The notes under the pieces are model-generated. The model was not told where the DNA came from, ran no database searches, and was given only the letters and a program-made list of their open reading frames with translations. A stretch of DNA of 64,000 nt from a virus. Positions within the stretch are counted from its first letter, which is position 1. Every line of letters begins with the position of its first letter. The position numbers were made by a program, and so were the translations under genes. Below are positions 56,818 to 63,787 of the stretch, in pieces. The stretch is taken from positions 64,001-128,000 of IMG/VR virus record IMGVR_UViG_3300045988_120820. One strand, given 5' to 3'.

Positions 56818-57597
56818 TTAATCGTCTATTTCAATTATATAATTGTATAACGCATTATATAATTTTTGTGGTATTTGATTTCTATAATAATCAGCTACCA
56901 CCTTAATATTTTTCTCTTTATAATACTTGTAAACTTGAAATGCCTTTTCTTGACTATTATAATAACCTAGATGTTCTTTTTTTGATTCGCCTGTTCCCAT
57001 ATTAATCATACGACAATGTACTTGATATTTACCGTTTTCAAGAGGACTTGTCCCTATAACTGAATCACCTCTTGATTTATCACATTTAACAAATAAAATA
57101 TTAATTTTTTCTGGTACAAACATACAAGCTTCTGGACTATACATCTTGTTTTTCTTAACCAATATATCCTTGTCGAGACATATTCTCTCTCCTTTAATTT
57201 CATAATAGTTATCATAATACCACTTTGCAAAATTTTGAAAATTATGCCATTCATCACATACAATACAACCTTTATAAGTCGGATATTTTTCTTGATATTT
57301 TTCATCATAACATCTTCTTAACATATCGTGCCATATTTGATAACATTTGGTAATTTTACCATTTTCTTTTGTTTTATATTTTCCTTCGCCTAAATAACCT
57401 ATTCGAAATATACTTTTGTCATATGGTGATTTTATTTTACCTTTTTTAAAATCACCATATTGTGCTCCTTTAGTAGTATAATCATGTTTCGGAAAATATA
57501 CATCTATATTATGACACCCTCTGTATTCAATAATAATCATCTCATTACCAAAATTATTAATATTTTTCTCTCCTATCCTATCAATTTTCTTCGCCAT
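56818..57597 (-). CDS. AP2-domain-like DNA-binding protein (homing-endonuclease-associated type)
   Basis: 259 aa. YQIWHDMLRRCYDEKYQEKYPTYKGCIVCDEWHNFQNFAKW and KEHLGYYNSQEKAFQVYK resemble phage AP2/HNH-associated proteins. No nuclease motif was seen. Confidence 0.4.
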   Translation of the reverse strand: MAKKIDRIGEKNINNFGNEMIIIEYRGCHNIDVYFPKHDYTTKGAQYGDFKKGKIKSPYDKSIFRIGYLGEGKYKTKENGKITKCYQIWHDMLRRCYDEKYQEKYPTYKGCIVCDEWHNFQNFAKWYYDNYYEIKGERICLDKDILVKKNKMYSPEACMFVPEKINILFVKCDKSRGDSVIGTSPLENGKYQVHCRMINMGTGESKKEHLGYYNSQEKAFQVYKYYKEKNIKVVADYYRNQIPQKLYNALYNYIIEIDD

Positions 57598-57625
57598 ATT
57601 CTCTATCTCCCTTTATTAATTATTT

Positions 57626-57784
57626 TTACTTCGCATAATTATTTATTTCATCAATTTTATATTCTATCCTTTCTAGTGAGAAAAACAATCTTTGTATACA
57701 TTCCTTACTCTTGCCTTTTTTAATTGCTTGTTTAATTTTCTCCTCTATTTTTATACTCCTGTCAATATTGGCTACTCTATTCAC
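57626..57784 (-). CDS. possible small ORF (52 aa, GTG start)
   Basis: Hand translation (M)NRVANIDRSIKIEEKIKQAIKKGKSKECIQRLFFSLERIEYKIDEINNYAK. It fills the gap between two genes. The start overlaps the upstream stop (GTGATATGAAGTGA). Confidence 0.35.
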   Translation of the reverse strand: MNRVANIDRSIKIEEKIKQAIKKGKSKECIQRLFFSLERIEYKIDEINNYAK

Positions 57785-57785
57785 T

Positions 57786-58049
57786 TCATATCACCTCCAA
57801 TTCATTTATTTTAAATACAAGCGATTCATACATACTATCTAAAATACACTTATCATCTTCCATTGTTGTTATTGCCCAATCTTCATATTTAAATTGTCCT
57901 TTTATTTGTTTCTTTGCATATTCTTTCATTTTATCTCTAGCTGTATTTTTATCTTTACAAACACATTTAATATCTTTCTGAACTCCTTCTTCGCTATAAT
58001 ATATTTCTGTGACAATATACACTTTCATGTTTACACCCCCTAAATTCAA
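57786..58049 (-). CDS. hypothetical protein, first gene of the long leftward array
   Basis: 87 aa (probably from MKVYIV). GGGGGTG SD upstream. Confidence 0.55.
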   Translation of the reverse strand: MNLGGVNMKVYIVTEIYYSEEGVQKDIKCVCKDKNTARDKMKEYAKKQIKGQFKYEDWAITTMEDDKCILDSMYESLVFKINELEVI

Positions 58050-58150
58050 TTTTAAGCAATCCTATCTCTTTATTGAATAACTAATCCTATTTTCAATTAA
58101 AAGTTTTTAGAAAAGCTCTCATTAGATATTTTAGCTATATCTTGTTTAAC

Positions 58151-58203
58151 CACTCCTTATATTACTATATTAACATTACTGTGCAATAAATTACCTATGA
58201 ATT
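58151..58203 (-). promoter_or_regulatory. promoter/operator element, copy 1 (head of the leftward gene array)
   Basis: Minus-sense AATTCATAGGTAATTT-ATTGCACAGTA-ATGTTAATAT, i.e. a TGnTAATAT extended -10. Confidence 0.5.
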
Positions 58204-58251
58204 TAAATTATTATTAATCTTTCGTATTTATGAATGAAATGAATAAATTAA

Positions 58252-58293
58252 GAAAGAAGAGGAAAGAGTTTAATCGGTTTTGAATTAAACTCT
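58252..58293 (-). terminator. intrinsic terminator
   Basis: 10-bp stem AGAGTTTAAT/ATTAAACTCT, followed on the minus strand by TTCCTCTTCTTTCTT. Confidence 0.5.
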
Positions 58294-58574
58294 TGACGAA
58301 TAATTACAATTCTTTATCCCCTAGTCGTTCATAATAATTAAAAACCAAATTATTACTCACTCCTTCCCCTTATCTCAATAATGGGAATTATTTTATTAAT
58401 TATTTTTAATACTCTCTTATCTTATTCTTCTAACCATTTTAAGAATAAATTTCTATCATCACTTTCTAAATAATCACTCAATCTTATCACTCCTACATCT
58501 TAGTTTCTAGTGTAATATTAATATATAACTAACTTAGGTTTAATATAGTTTTTTTATATTATTTCTCATTTTAG

Positions 58575-58626
58575 TACTGCACAAAATCTTGACCCACAGC
58601 TTATTTTACTGCACAAAATCTTGACC
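58575..58626. repeat. two 20-nt perfect direct repeats, 32 bp apart
   Basis: tactgcacaaaatcttgacc occurs at 58575-58594 and 58607-58626. The second copy overlaps the stop of the 300-aa gene. Confidence 0.85.
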
Positions 58627-59528
58627 TATGGTTTAATGACCAGTTGTTTACAAACATCTTTCATACATTGTATTTTATTACCTGCAAATAGAACTAATGG
58701 GTTAATCACAAAATAAGTTCTAAACTCTTTACCATATTCAAAGGTATGTGCTCCAAATAAGTAATAATCATTACCTTGATAATTTATAGTAAAATTTAAT
58801 AATGATTTCTTAAAAGCACTTATTGATTGCTTGTTATTTGCTGGAATATCTAGTAATTTCATAATGTCTCTTATTTCAGCTTTTTCATCATTAATTAAAA
58901 TATGATTTGTATCAAAATCAACATAAGGTAATAGTTGTAAAACATATCCTAACTGTTTATGTTGTCTTGATGTGCAATGTTCATACAAATATCTAGTTGT
59001 ATCTATGTAAAGTCTTATATAGTTATCTTTATTATCCTTTATCTTACCTTTTGAAATATATTTTTCATTTATATAAAAAGCACCATCTTTTTCAGTTATT
59101 AATTCTTTAGATTTCATTTCTTTGATAAAATTATAATAAGCCCTTTCACTTAGTTTCATCAATTTCATTATATCTTTGTTATTCATAGGTTTTATTTTTC
59201 CTTTTTCTTTTTTGACTAACATATTGCCATCTTTATAGTTATAGCTTATATATGTAGCTAAATAAAGGAATCTACTTACATCTGCTGGATTCAGATTTAA
59301 TTTATTATATAACAATTCATCTTTGACATAGAATACATGAACATATCCACCTAGAGTTTCAGCCATCTCACCCATAACATCCTTCTTTTGTAAATAATCT
59401 TTTTGTCCATCAGATAAGTCTTTTCTAGTTTGCATTTCGATACTTTCACCCTTTTTAATAAAGACATTAGCTAATTCTTCACCTGTATCAACATTAATTG
59501 CTACAACTCTTTCGTATTTATTTTCCAT
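58626..59528 (-). CDS. hypothetical DNA-binding-like protein (possible winged-helix; replication/regulation candidate)
   Basis: 300 aa. The central segment NNKDIMKLMKLSERAYYNFIKEMKSKELITEKDGAFYIN is wHTH-like. It is flanked by operator copy 2 and the 20-nt repeats. Confidence 0.55.
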   Translation of the reverse strand: MENKYERVVAINVDTGEELANVFIKKGESIEMQTRKDLSDGQKDYLQKKDVMGEMAETLGGYVHVFYVKDELLYNKLNLNPADVSRFLYLATYISYNYKDGNMLVKKEKGKIKPMNNKDIMKLMKLSERAYYNFIKEMKSKELITEKDGAFYINEKYISKGKIKDNKDNYIRLYIDTTRYLYEHCTSRQHKQLGYVLQLLPYVDFDTNHILINDEKAEIRDIMKLLDIPANNKQSISAFKKSLLNFTINYQGNDYYLFGAHTFEYGKEFRTYFVINPLVLFAGNKIQCMKDVCKQLVIKP

Positions 59529-59544
59529 ATCATCACCTCCTTTC

Positions 59545-59591
59545 TTATATTATTATATTAACATTAGTTATTTAAAAATTACTTATGATTT
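59545..59591 (-). promoter_or_regulatory. promoter/operator element, copy 2
   Basis: Minus-sense AAATCATAAGTAATTT-N13-ATGTTAATAT, then an AAGGAGGTG SD and the start at 59528. Confidence 0.5.
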
Positions 59592-59809
59592 TTATCTTTT
59601 CTCTTTTTAATTATAGCATCGTGAATTACTACCATTAATAGTAATGTAATCATAGGGAGAAACATAATTCCTGTTAATGTTATTATGAAAGCCACCTCTC
59701 CAAATGCTTCACCAACTATAACTGAATATTTTAAAGCTTTAAATAATACAAATGCAGTTATCACAGCTCCTGATAATGTTGCACTATTTTTACCAGCATA
59801 TCTCCACAT
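59579..59809 (-). CDS. small 2-TM membrane protein
   Basis: 76 aa with two hydrophobic spans and a KKRKDKNHK tail. Confidence 0.55.
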   Translation of the reverse strand: MWRYAGKNSATLSGAVITAFVLFKALKYSVIVGEAFGEVAFIITLTGIMFLPMITLLLMVVIHDAIIKKRKDKNHK

Positions 59810-59839
59810 AATATCAACTCCTTTTTATTTATTTCTTAT

Positions 59840-59880
59840 TTATGTATTAACATAACTGTATAAAAAATTACCTATGAATT
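59840..59880 (-). promoter_or_regulatory. promoter/operator element, copy 3
   Basis: Minus-sense AATTCATAGGTAATTT-N13-ATGTTAATAC, upstream of the 76-aa gene. Confidence 0.5.
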
Positions 59881-59974
59881 ACAAAAAATATGTTTGTCCT
59901 CCAAGATTTTTATTAAGTTTCTTTGACACCATTACAAAAACACTCCGAATATATGTATTATTTTATAATTATAT

Positions 59975-60016
59975 TTATATAATTAACAACTAATAATGAA
60001 AAATTACCTATGAATT
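59975..60016 (-). promoter_or_regulatory. promoter/operator element, copy 4
   Basis: Minus-sense AATTCATAGGTAATTT-N13-TTGTTAATTA (more divergent -10 part). Confidence 0.4.
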
Positions 60017-60105
60017 ATATTATTTAATATATATAGTATTTAATTTAGTATTTAATAGTATTTAAGAAAGCTACTTCTATTGATATTCCTTGTATTCATC
60101 ATATT

Positions 60106-60304
60106 ATATATGAGTTTTAAAGGTTTTAATATGTGTTTTTAAGGGATATATATGTTAAATTAAGTATCATTTCGTTTATAAATATGTGTTTTTAAGGGCA
60201 TTTTTATCTCCTTAATTACTCATAATAATTTAAATATGTTAAAATAAGGGACTATTAATATGAGATATTAAGGGTTATAATATAACTATGAGAAATTAAG
60301 GAGG
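60106..60304. repeat. iteron array of the plasmid-type origin (18-bp AATATG-N7-AAGGG units)
   Basis: Identical aatatgtgtttttaaggg at 60128-60145 and 60181-60198. Variants lie at 60233-60250, 60257-60274 and 60284-60301, with degenerate copies at ~60106 and ~60150. The last unit overlaps the rep SD. Confidence 0.7.
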
Positions 60305-60311
60305 TTTTAAT

Positions 60312-61268
60312 ATGAGTAAAAATCAAATACTTATGAAGAATAACACAATAGTTAGTGCTAGATATAACATATCTCTCATGCATAATAATATATTTATTTT
60401 CATATTGTATAAACTTCAGAAGGCTAAGTCTGGCAATGCATATTGCTATATAAGCAAACAAGAATTTCAAAATCTTATTTCAAATAAAACACAGAAAACA
60501 GTTCCAGGTATTAAAAAAGTATTAGATAATATGCTAGATGAAAAAATATATTTTAGAGAAGATGGTGAGTGGAGCTGTAAATATAGTATTATAGCTGGGT
60601 ATGAATATAATAAAAAAGAAGATTTATTTAAAATAGTTGTCATTGATAAAGTTTATCATCTTCTTATGAATTACAAAGCTTATACACCTATTAATATGAA
60701 AATATTTTTAACTTTAAAATCAATATATAGCCAAAGATTATATGACCTTCTTAGATTATGGAGTAATACAAAAGAAAATATAACATATGAACTAGACGAA
60801 TTAAAAGATTTATTAATGTTAAACAACAAATATAATTTGTATGCTGATTTTAAAAGAAATGTTCTTCAACGAGCTAAAAAGGAATTAAATAATACTGGAA
60901 TGTTTGAATTATCATATACTGAAAATAAAAAAGGACGAAGTGTAAAATCTATAACATTTCATGTAAAAGATTTAGATAAAAGAGTATATTTTAAAAAGAA
61001 ACAAACTGAACAAATTTCACCATTGTCATACATTCCTAATAAGAGTTTAATATCAAATAATTGTATGTCGTCTCTTCAAAAAGATTTTGAGTTAATAGAT
61101 TTCACGTATGAAGATATGAAACAGTCTTTTATTGAATCAGTCAATATAACATTATCTAAATTTAATGTAGATAAAATAGATTATAATGTATATCCTTACT
61201 TTAAAGCTGTGTTAAATAATAAAATTAAGTATTATACTGACTTATTTATAAAGACAAGTATTTTTTAA
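60312..61268 (+). CDS. Rep_3-type (iteron-binding) plasmid replication initiator
   Basis: 318 aa. The N-terminus NNTIVSARYNISLMHNNIFIFILYKLQ is the typical Rep_3 opening (..a.y.ls..e.ri....l..i). It is preceded by iterons and an AAGGAGG SD. Confidence 0.65.
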   Translation: MSKNQILMKNNTIVSARYNISLMHNNIFIFILYKLQKAKSGNAYCYISKQEFQNLISNKTQKTVPGIKKVLDNMLDEKIYFREDGEWSCKYSIIAGYEYNKKEDLFKIVVIDKVYHLLMNYKAYTPINMKIFLTLKSIYSQRLYDLLRLWSNTKENITYELDELKDLLMLNNKYNLYADFKRNVLQRAKKELNNTGMFELSYTENKKGRSVKSITFHVKDLDKRVYFKKKQTEQISPLSYIPNKSLISNNCMSSLQKDFELIDFTYEDMKQSFIESVNITLSKFNVDKIDYNVYPYFKAVLNNKIKYYTDLFIKTSIF

Positions 61269-61276
61269 TTAATCTA

Positions 61277-61305
61277 TTGACAAAATATATTTTCCATGTT
61301 ATCAT
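61277..61305 (+). promoter_or_regulatory. strong sigma-A-type promoter
   Basis: TTGACA (61277-61282), 17-nt spacer, TGtTATCAT extended -10 (61297-61305). Confidence 0.6.
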
Positions 61306-61311
61306 GATATA

Positions 61312-61416
61312 GTACATTCTCATAAGAATTGCAAATATCGCATATAACTTTAATTAAATTATTATATTTTATTTCCAAAATGTAATAATCAGCCCTTTTT
61401 AGGGCTTTTTCTTTTG
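61312..61416 (+). ncRNA. candidate ~100-nt small RNA between promoter and terminator
   Basis: No ORF or SD lies between the promoter and the terminator AGCCCT-TTTT-AGGGCT + TTTTTCTTTT (61391-61416). Confidence 0.4.
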
Positions 61417-61501
61417 TTTTTTATAAAAATAAGCAATTTTTCTTAATTTTTTAATGTTTTTTATGCATTTTTACTCATTTTTTTGCTAAAAATTTAGCAT
61501 T

Positions 61502-61696
61502 TTATTCGTATTTTTTCTTAATAATTTCACCAAATTTAGGAGGTTTTATTAAAATTTTCTCAAGTATTGACCTATCTTTATAAATTTCCATTGATGTTTC
61601 TAACTCCTCTAACGTATCTTCTTTAATTAATCCACCAATTATTTCCATTCTATCTCTTGATTCCATCTTCCATTCTACTTCCCAAAGCTCTCTCAT
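61502..61696 (-). CDS. hypothetical small protein
   Basis: 64-aa ORF with GGAGG SD; last gene of the FtsK-like operon. Confidence 0.5.
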   Translation of the reverse strand: MRELWEVEWKMESRDRMEIIGGLIKEDTLEELETSMEIYKDRSILEKILIKPPKFGEIIKKKYE

Positions 61697-61708
61697 ACCA
61701 TTAACCTC

Positions 61709-61891
61709 CTAAAATAATTTTTTAATTATTCTATATCCATATTCATATGAAGGATTTTTACTACATTTTTCTTTTAATTTATTTATTTCTTCTTCTATTT
61801 CTTTTTTATTTTTTGTTTCAATTTTATTCACATAAATATTTTCATATAAATCATCTCTATCTTCTATAGATTCATATAATGTATACTTCAT
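61709..61891 (-). CDS. hypothetical small protein
   Basis: 60 aa; its start overlaps the stop of the FtsK-like gene by 1 nt. Confidence 0.5.
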   Translation of the reverse strand: MKYTLYESIEDRDDLYENIYVNKIETKNKKEIEEEINKLKEKCSKNPSYEYGYRIIKKLF

Positions 61892-63021
61892 TATTTTACC
61901 TCCTCTTTCTTTTTACTATATTTTTCACTTATTTTTAATACAGTTTCTCTATCAATATAAAATGTCTGTATTTCTGTCCCATATTCTTCACAATCAAACA
62001 CTCTCATATTTCCAGCTCCTCTTAATAAATGTAAATATCCATAGTTAATTATCATATTAGACCTAATTTCATCTTTACATTTACCACCTATAACGATATT
62101 TATATTCTGTTTAGTTATATTAGGTAATATATCTTTAGAAGGTAATTGGGTAGTTAGTATTAGAAACACCCCTGCTCCTGCACCTCTACTAGCTATTAAA
62201 GCTAACATATTGTGAAAATCTTTATTCTTCATATAAGAAGATAACTCCTCTATAACTATAAATCTAATAGGCATTTTTTTAAACTTTCTATATTGCCATA
62301 TATCAGTACAATTTCTATAAGTAAACTGTTCATATCTTTTATCTATATCTTGTATAGCATCAAATAATATATCTTCAGCTTCATCTCTATTTTCTGTATA
62401 ATGAATTACATTTTTACAGTTTCTAAATTCAAATAAATCTACTCTCTTTTCATTGATTAAATCTAACACAACGTCACATTTTCTTTTCATAACTAATTGA
62501 GATATAATAACTCTTAAACAATTAGATTTACCACATCTAGTAGCTCCTGCTAAATACATATGTGCATTAGAAGGCTCACTAAAATCAATATATCTAATAC
62601 TACAATCTTCTAAATTAATTCCAATAGGTATTTTATATCCTTTAGCTTTATGTTTTTCTAAATCAAAGTCAGCACACACTATCTCTTCCTTTTTAATTCT
62701 TAATTGAATATAATATCCATTCTTTTTAAAACTAACATCTTCCTTTTCTTTATTTAATAAATGACAAAACTTATTCTTATTATTATTAAAATCGTCTATA
62801 GTCATCCCTGTAGGTATTATAAATTCATATATTTTATAGTTTTCGTCTTCCCATTTATTTCTTAACTTAGGTATATCTCCAGAAGCATTCTTCATATTGA
62901 TATTATTAAAGAAATCAGTAAAATCAATATGTTTAATATTAAATATATCTAAAACTGATTTACATAATAATGTTATTGTATCCCAAATAGTATTTGTTAA
63001 AGGTTCTATTACATTACTCAT
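61891..63021 (-). CDS. FtsK/SpoIIIE-family DNA translocase ATPase
   Basis: Walker A LAGATRCGKS, Walker B PIRFIVIEELSSY, and RGAGAGVFLILTTQLPSKDILPNITKQNINIVIGGKC, which parallels FtsK RAaGIHlilATQRPs..i...iKaN...Ri. Confidence 0.8.
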   Translation of the reverse strand: MSNVIEPLTNTIWDTITLLCKSVLDIFNIKHIDFTDFFNNINMKNASGDIPKLRNKWEDENYKIYEFIIPTGMTIDDFNNNKNKFCHLLNKEKEDVSFKKNGYYIQLRIKKEEIVCADFDLEKHKAKGYKIPIGINLEDCSIRYIDFSEPSNAHMYLAGATRCGKSNCLRVIISQLVMKRKCDVVLDLINEKRVDLFEFRNCKNVIHYTENRDEAEDILFDAIQDIDKRYEQFTYRNCTDIWQYRKFKKMPIRFIVIEELSSYMKNKDFHNMLALIASRGAGAGVFLILTTQLPSKDILPNITKQNINIVIGGKCKDEIRSNMIINYGYLHLLRGAGNMRVFDCEEYGTEIQTFYIDRETVLKISEKYSKKKEEVK

Positions 63022-63139
63022 ATTATCATCTCCTTTTACTTAACTATATGCAAGTGTGTAGTAAATGTTTCCTAAATATTAAAAAAATATTTTAGTAACA
63101 TTATTTAAATATATACATATACTATATTGAGGTGATAAT

Positions 63140-63733
63140 ATGACGGAAAGAGATTTGAATGTATTAAACTTTATTAATTTAGTTACTATGTGTAGAACAG
63201 AACATATAAGAAACTTATTCTTTGCAGGATTAACTAATACCACTTGGGATAGAAGAGCTAATAAATTAGTAGAATATAAGCAATTAAAACGCTTTAGAAG
63301 TGGAATATACAATAGAGAATATATTTATTATATTGAAAATAAACCTAACGAGAGATTACTTAGGCATGATATGTATATAACTGAATTAATATATAATTTA
63401 TTATTACTAGGTGTAGAAATAATAAACGTAGATAGAAATGTTCAATTAGGTAATGTTATAGCAGATGGTTATATTATAATTAGATATAAAAAAGACAATA
63501 CTATAATAAGGAAAGGTTTATTAATAGAAGTTCAATTGCATGGTAGATTATCAGATTGTATAGATAAATATACAGATATTAATCCTATTAAAGAATATGT
63601 GATTGAACAAGGTATGCAAACTATTCCCTCTCTACTTATTATAAGCGACTTACAGGGCAAGATTAGAAATAAAATTCTTAAAACTATGTGTGTAAACTGT
63701 AACTTAGAGTGTTTAGACAAGTGTATATTATAA
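63140..63733 (+). CDS. Replication-relaxation-family-like protein
   Basis: N-terminus MTERDLNVLNFINLVTMCRTEHIRNLFFAG....DRRANKLVEYKQLKRF....EYIYYI follows the lt.rD..iL.fl...r.lt..qi..lfF....a.rrL.kL pattern of that family. Confidence 0.55.
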   Translation: MTERDLNVLNFINLVTMCRTEHIRNLFFAGLTNTTWDRRANKLVEYKQLKRFRSGIYNREYIYYIENKPNERLLRHDMYITELIYNLLLLGVEIINVDRNVQLGNVIADGYIIIRYKKDNTIIRKGLLIEVQLHGRLSDCIDKYTDINPIKEYVIEQGMQTIPSLLIISDLQGKIRNKILKTMCVNCNLECLDKCIL

Positions 63734-63742
63734 TGTAAAATT

Positions 63743-63787
63743 GAGTGTGTGATACAGCTATTGCTTGTACTACACACTCTTTTATTT
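63743..63787 (+). terminator. intrinsic terminator
   Basis: GAGTGTGT (63743-63750) pairs with ACACACTC (63772-63779), followed by TTTTATTT. Confidence 0.65.

Noticed and set aside
58319-58330. cctagtcgtt, a 9-10-nt match to the family-A intron core (ctagtcgttg), suggesting a seventh intron or an intron remnant.
   Set aside because: None of the other conserved core blocks (atagtctc partner, gcaggtaat, accacaacgtaat) occur nearby, and no interrupted reading frame flanks it. It is probably a chance match.
59879-59932. 17-codon ORF (MVSKKLNKNLGGQTYFL) with a GGAGTG SD downstream of operator copy 4.
   Set aside because: It is too short to support from sequence alone. It is mentioned only as context for the promoter element.
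58151-60016. Reading the conserved AGGTAAT of the operator as a sigma-H-type -35 (AGGAwwT) with a GAAT -10.
   Set aside because: Only one of the five copies has a GAAAT at roughly the right distance. The shared downstream element is TGnTAATAT, an extended sigma-A -10.
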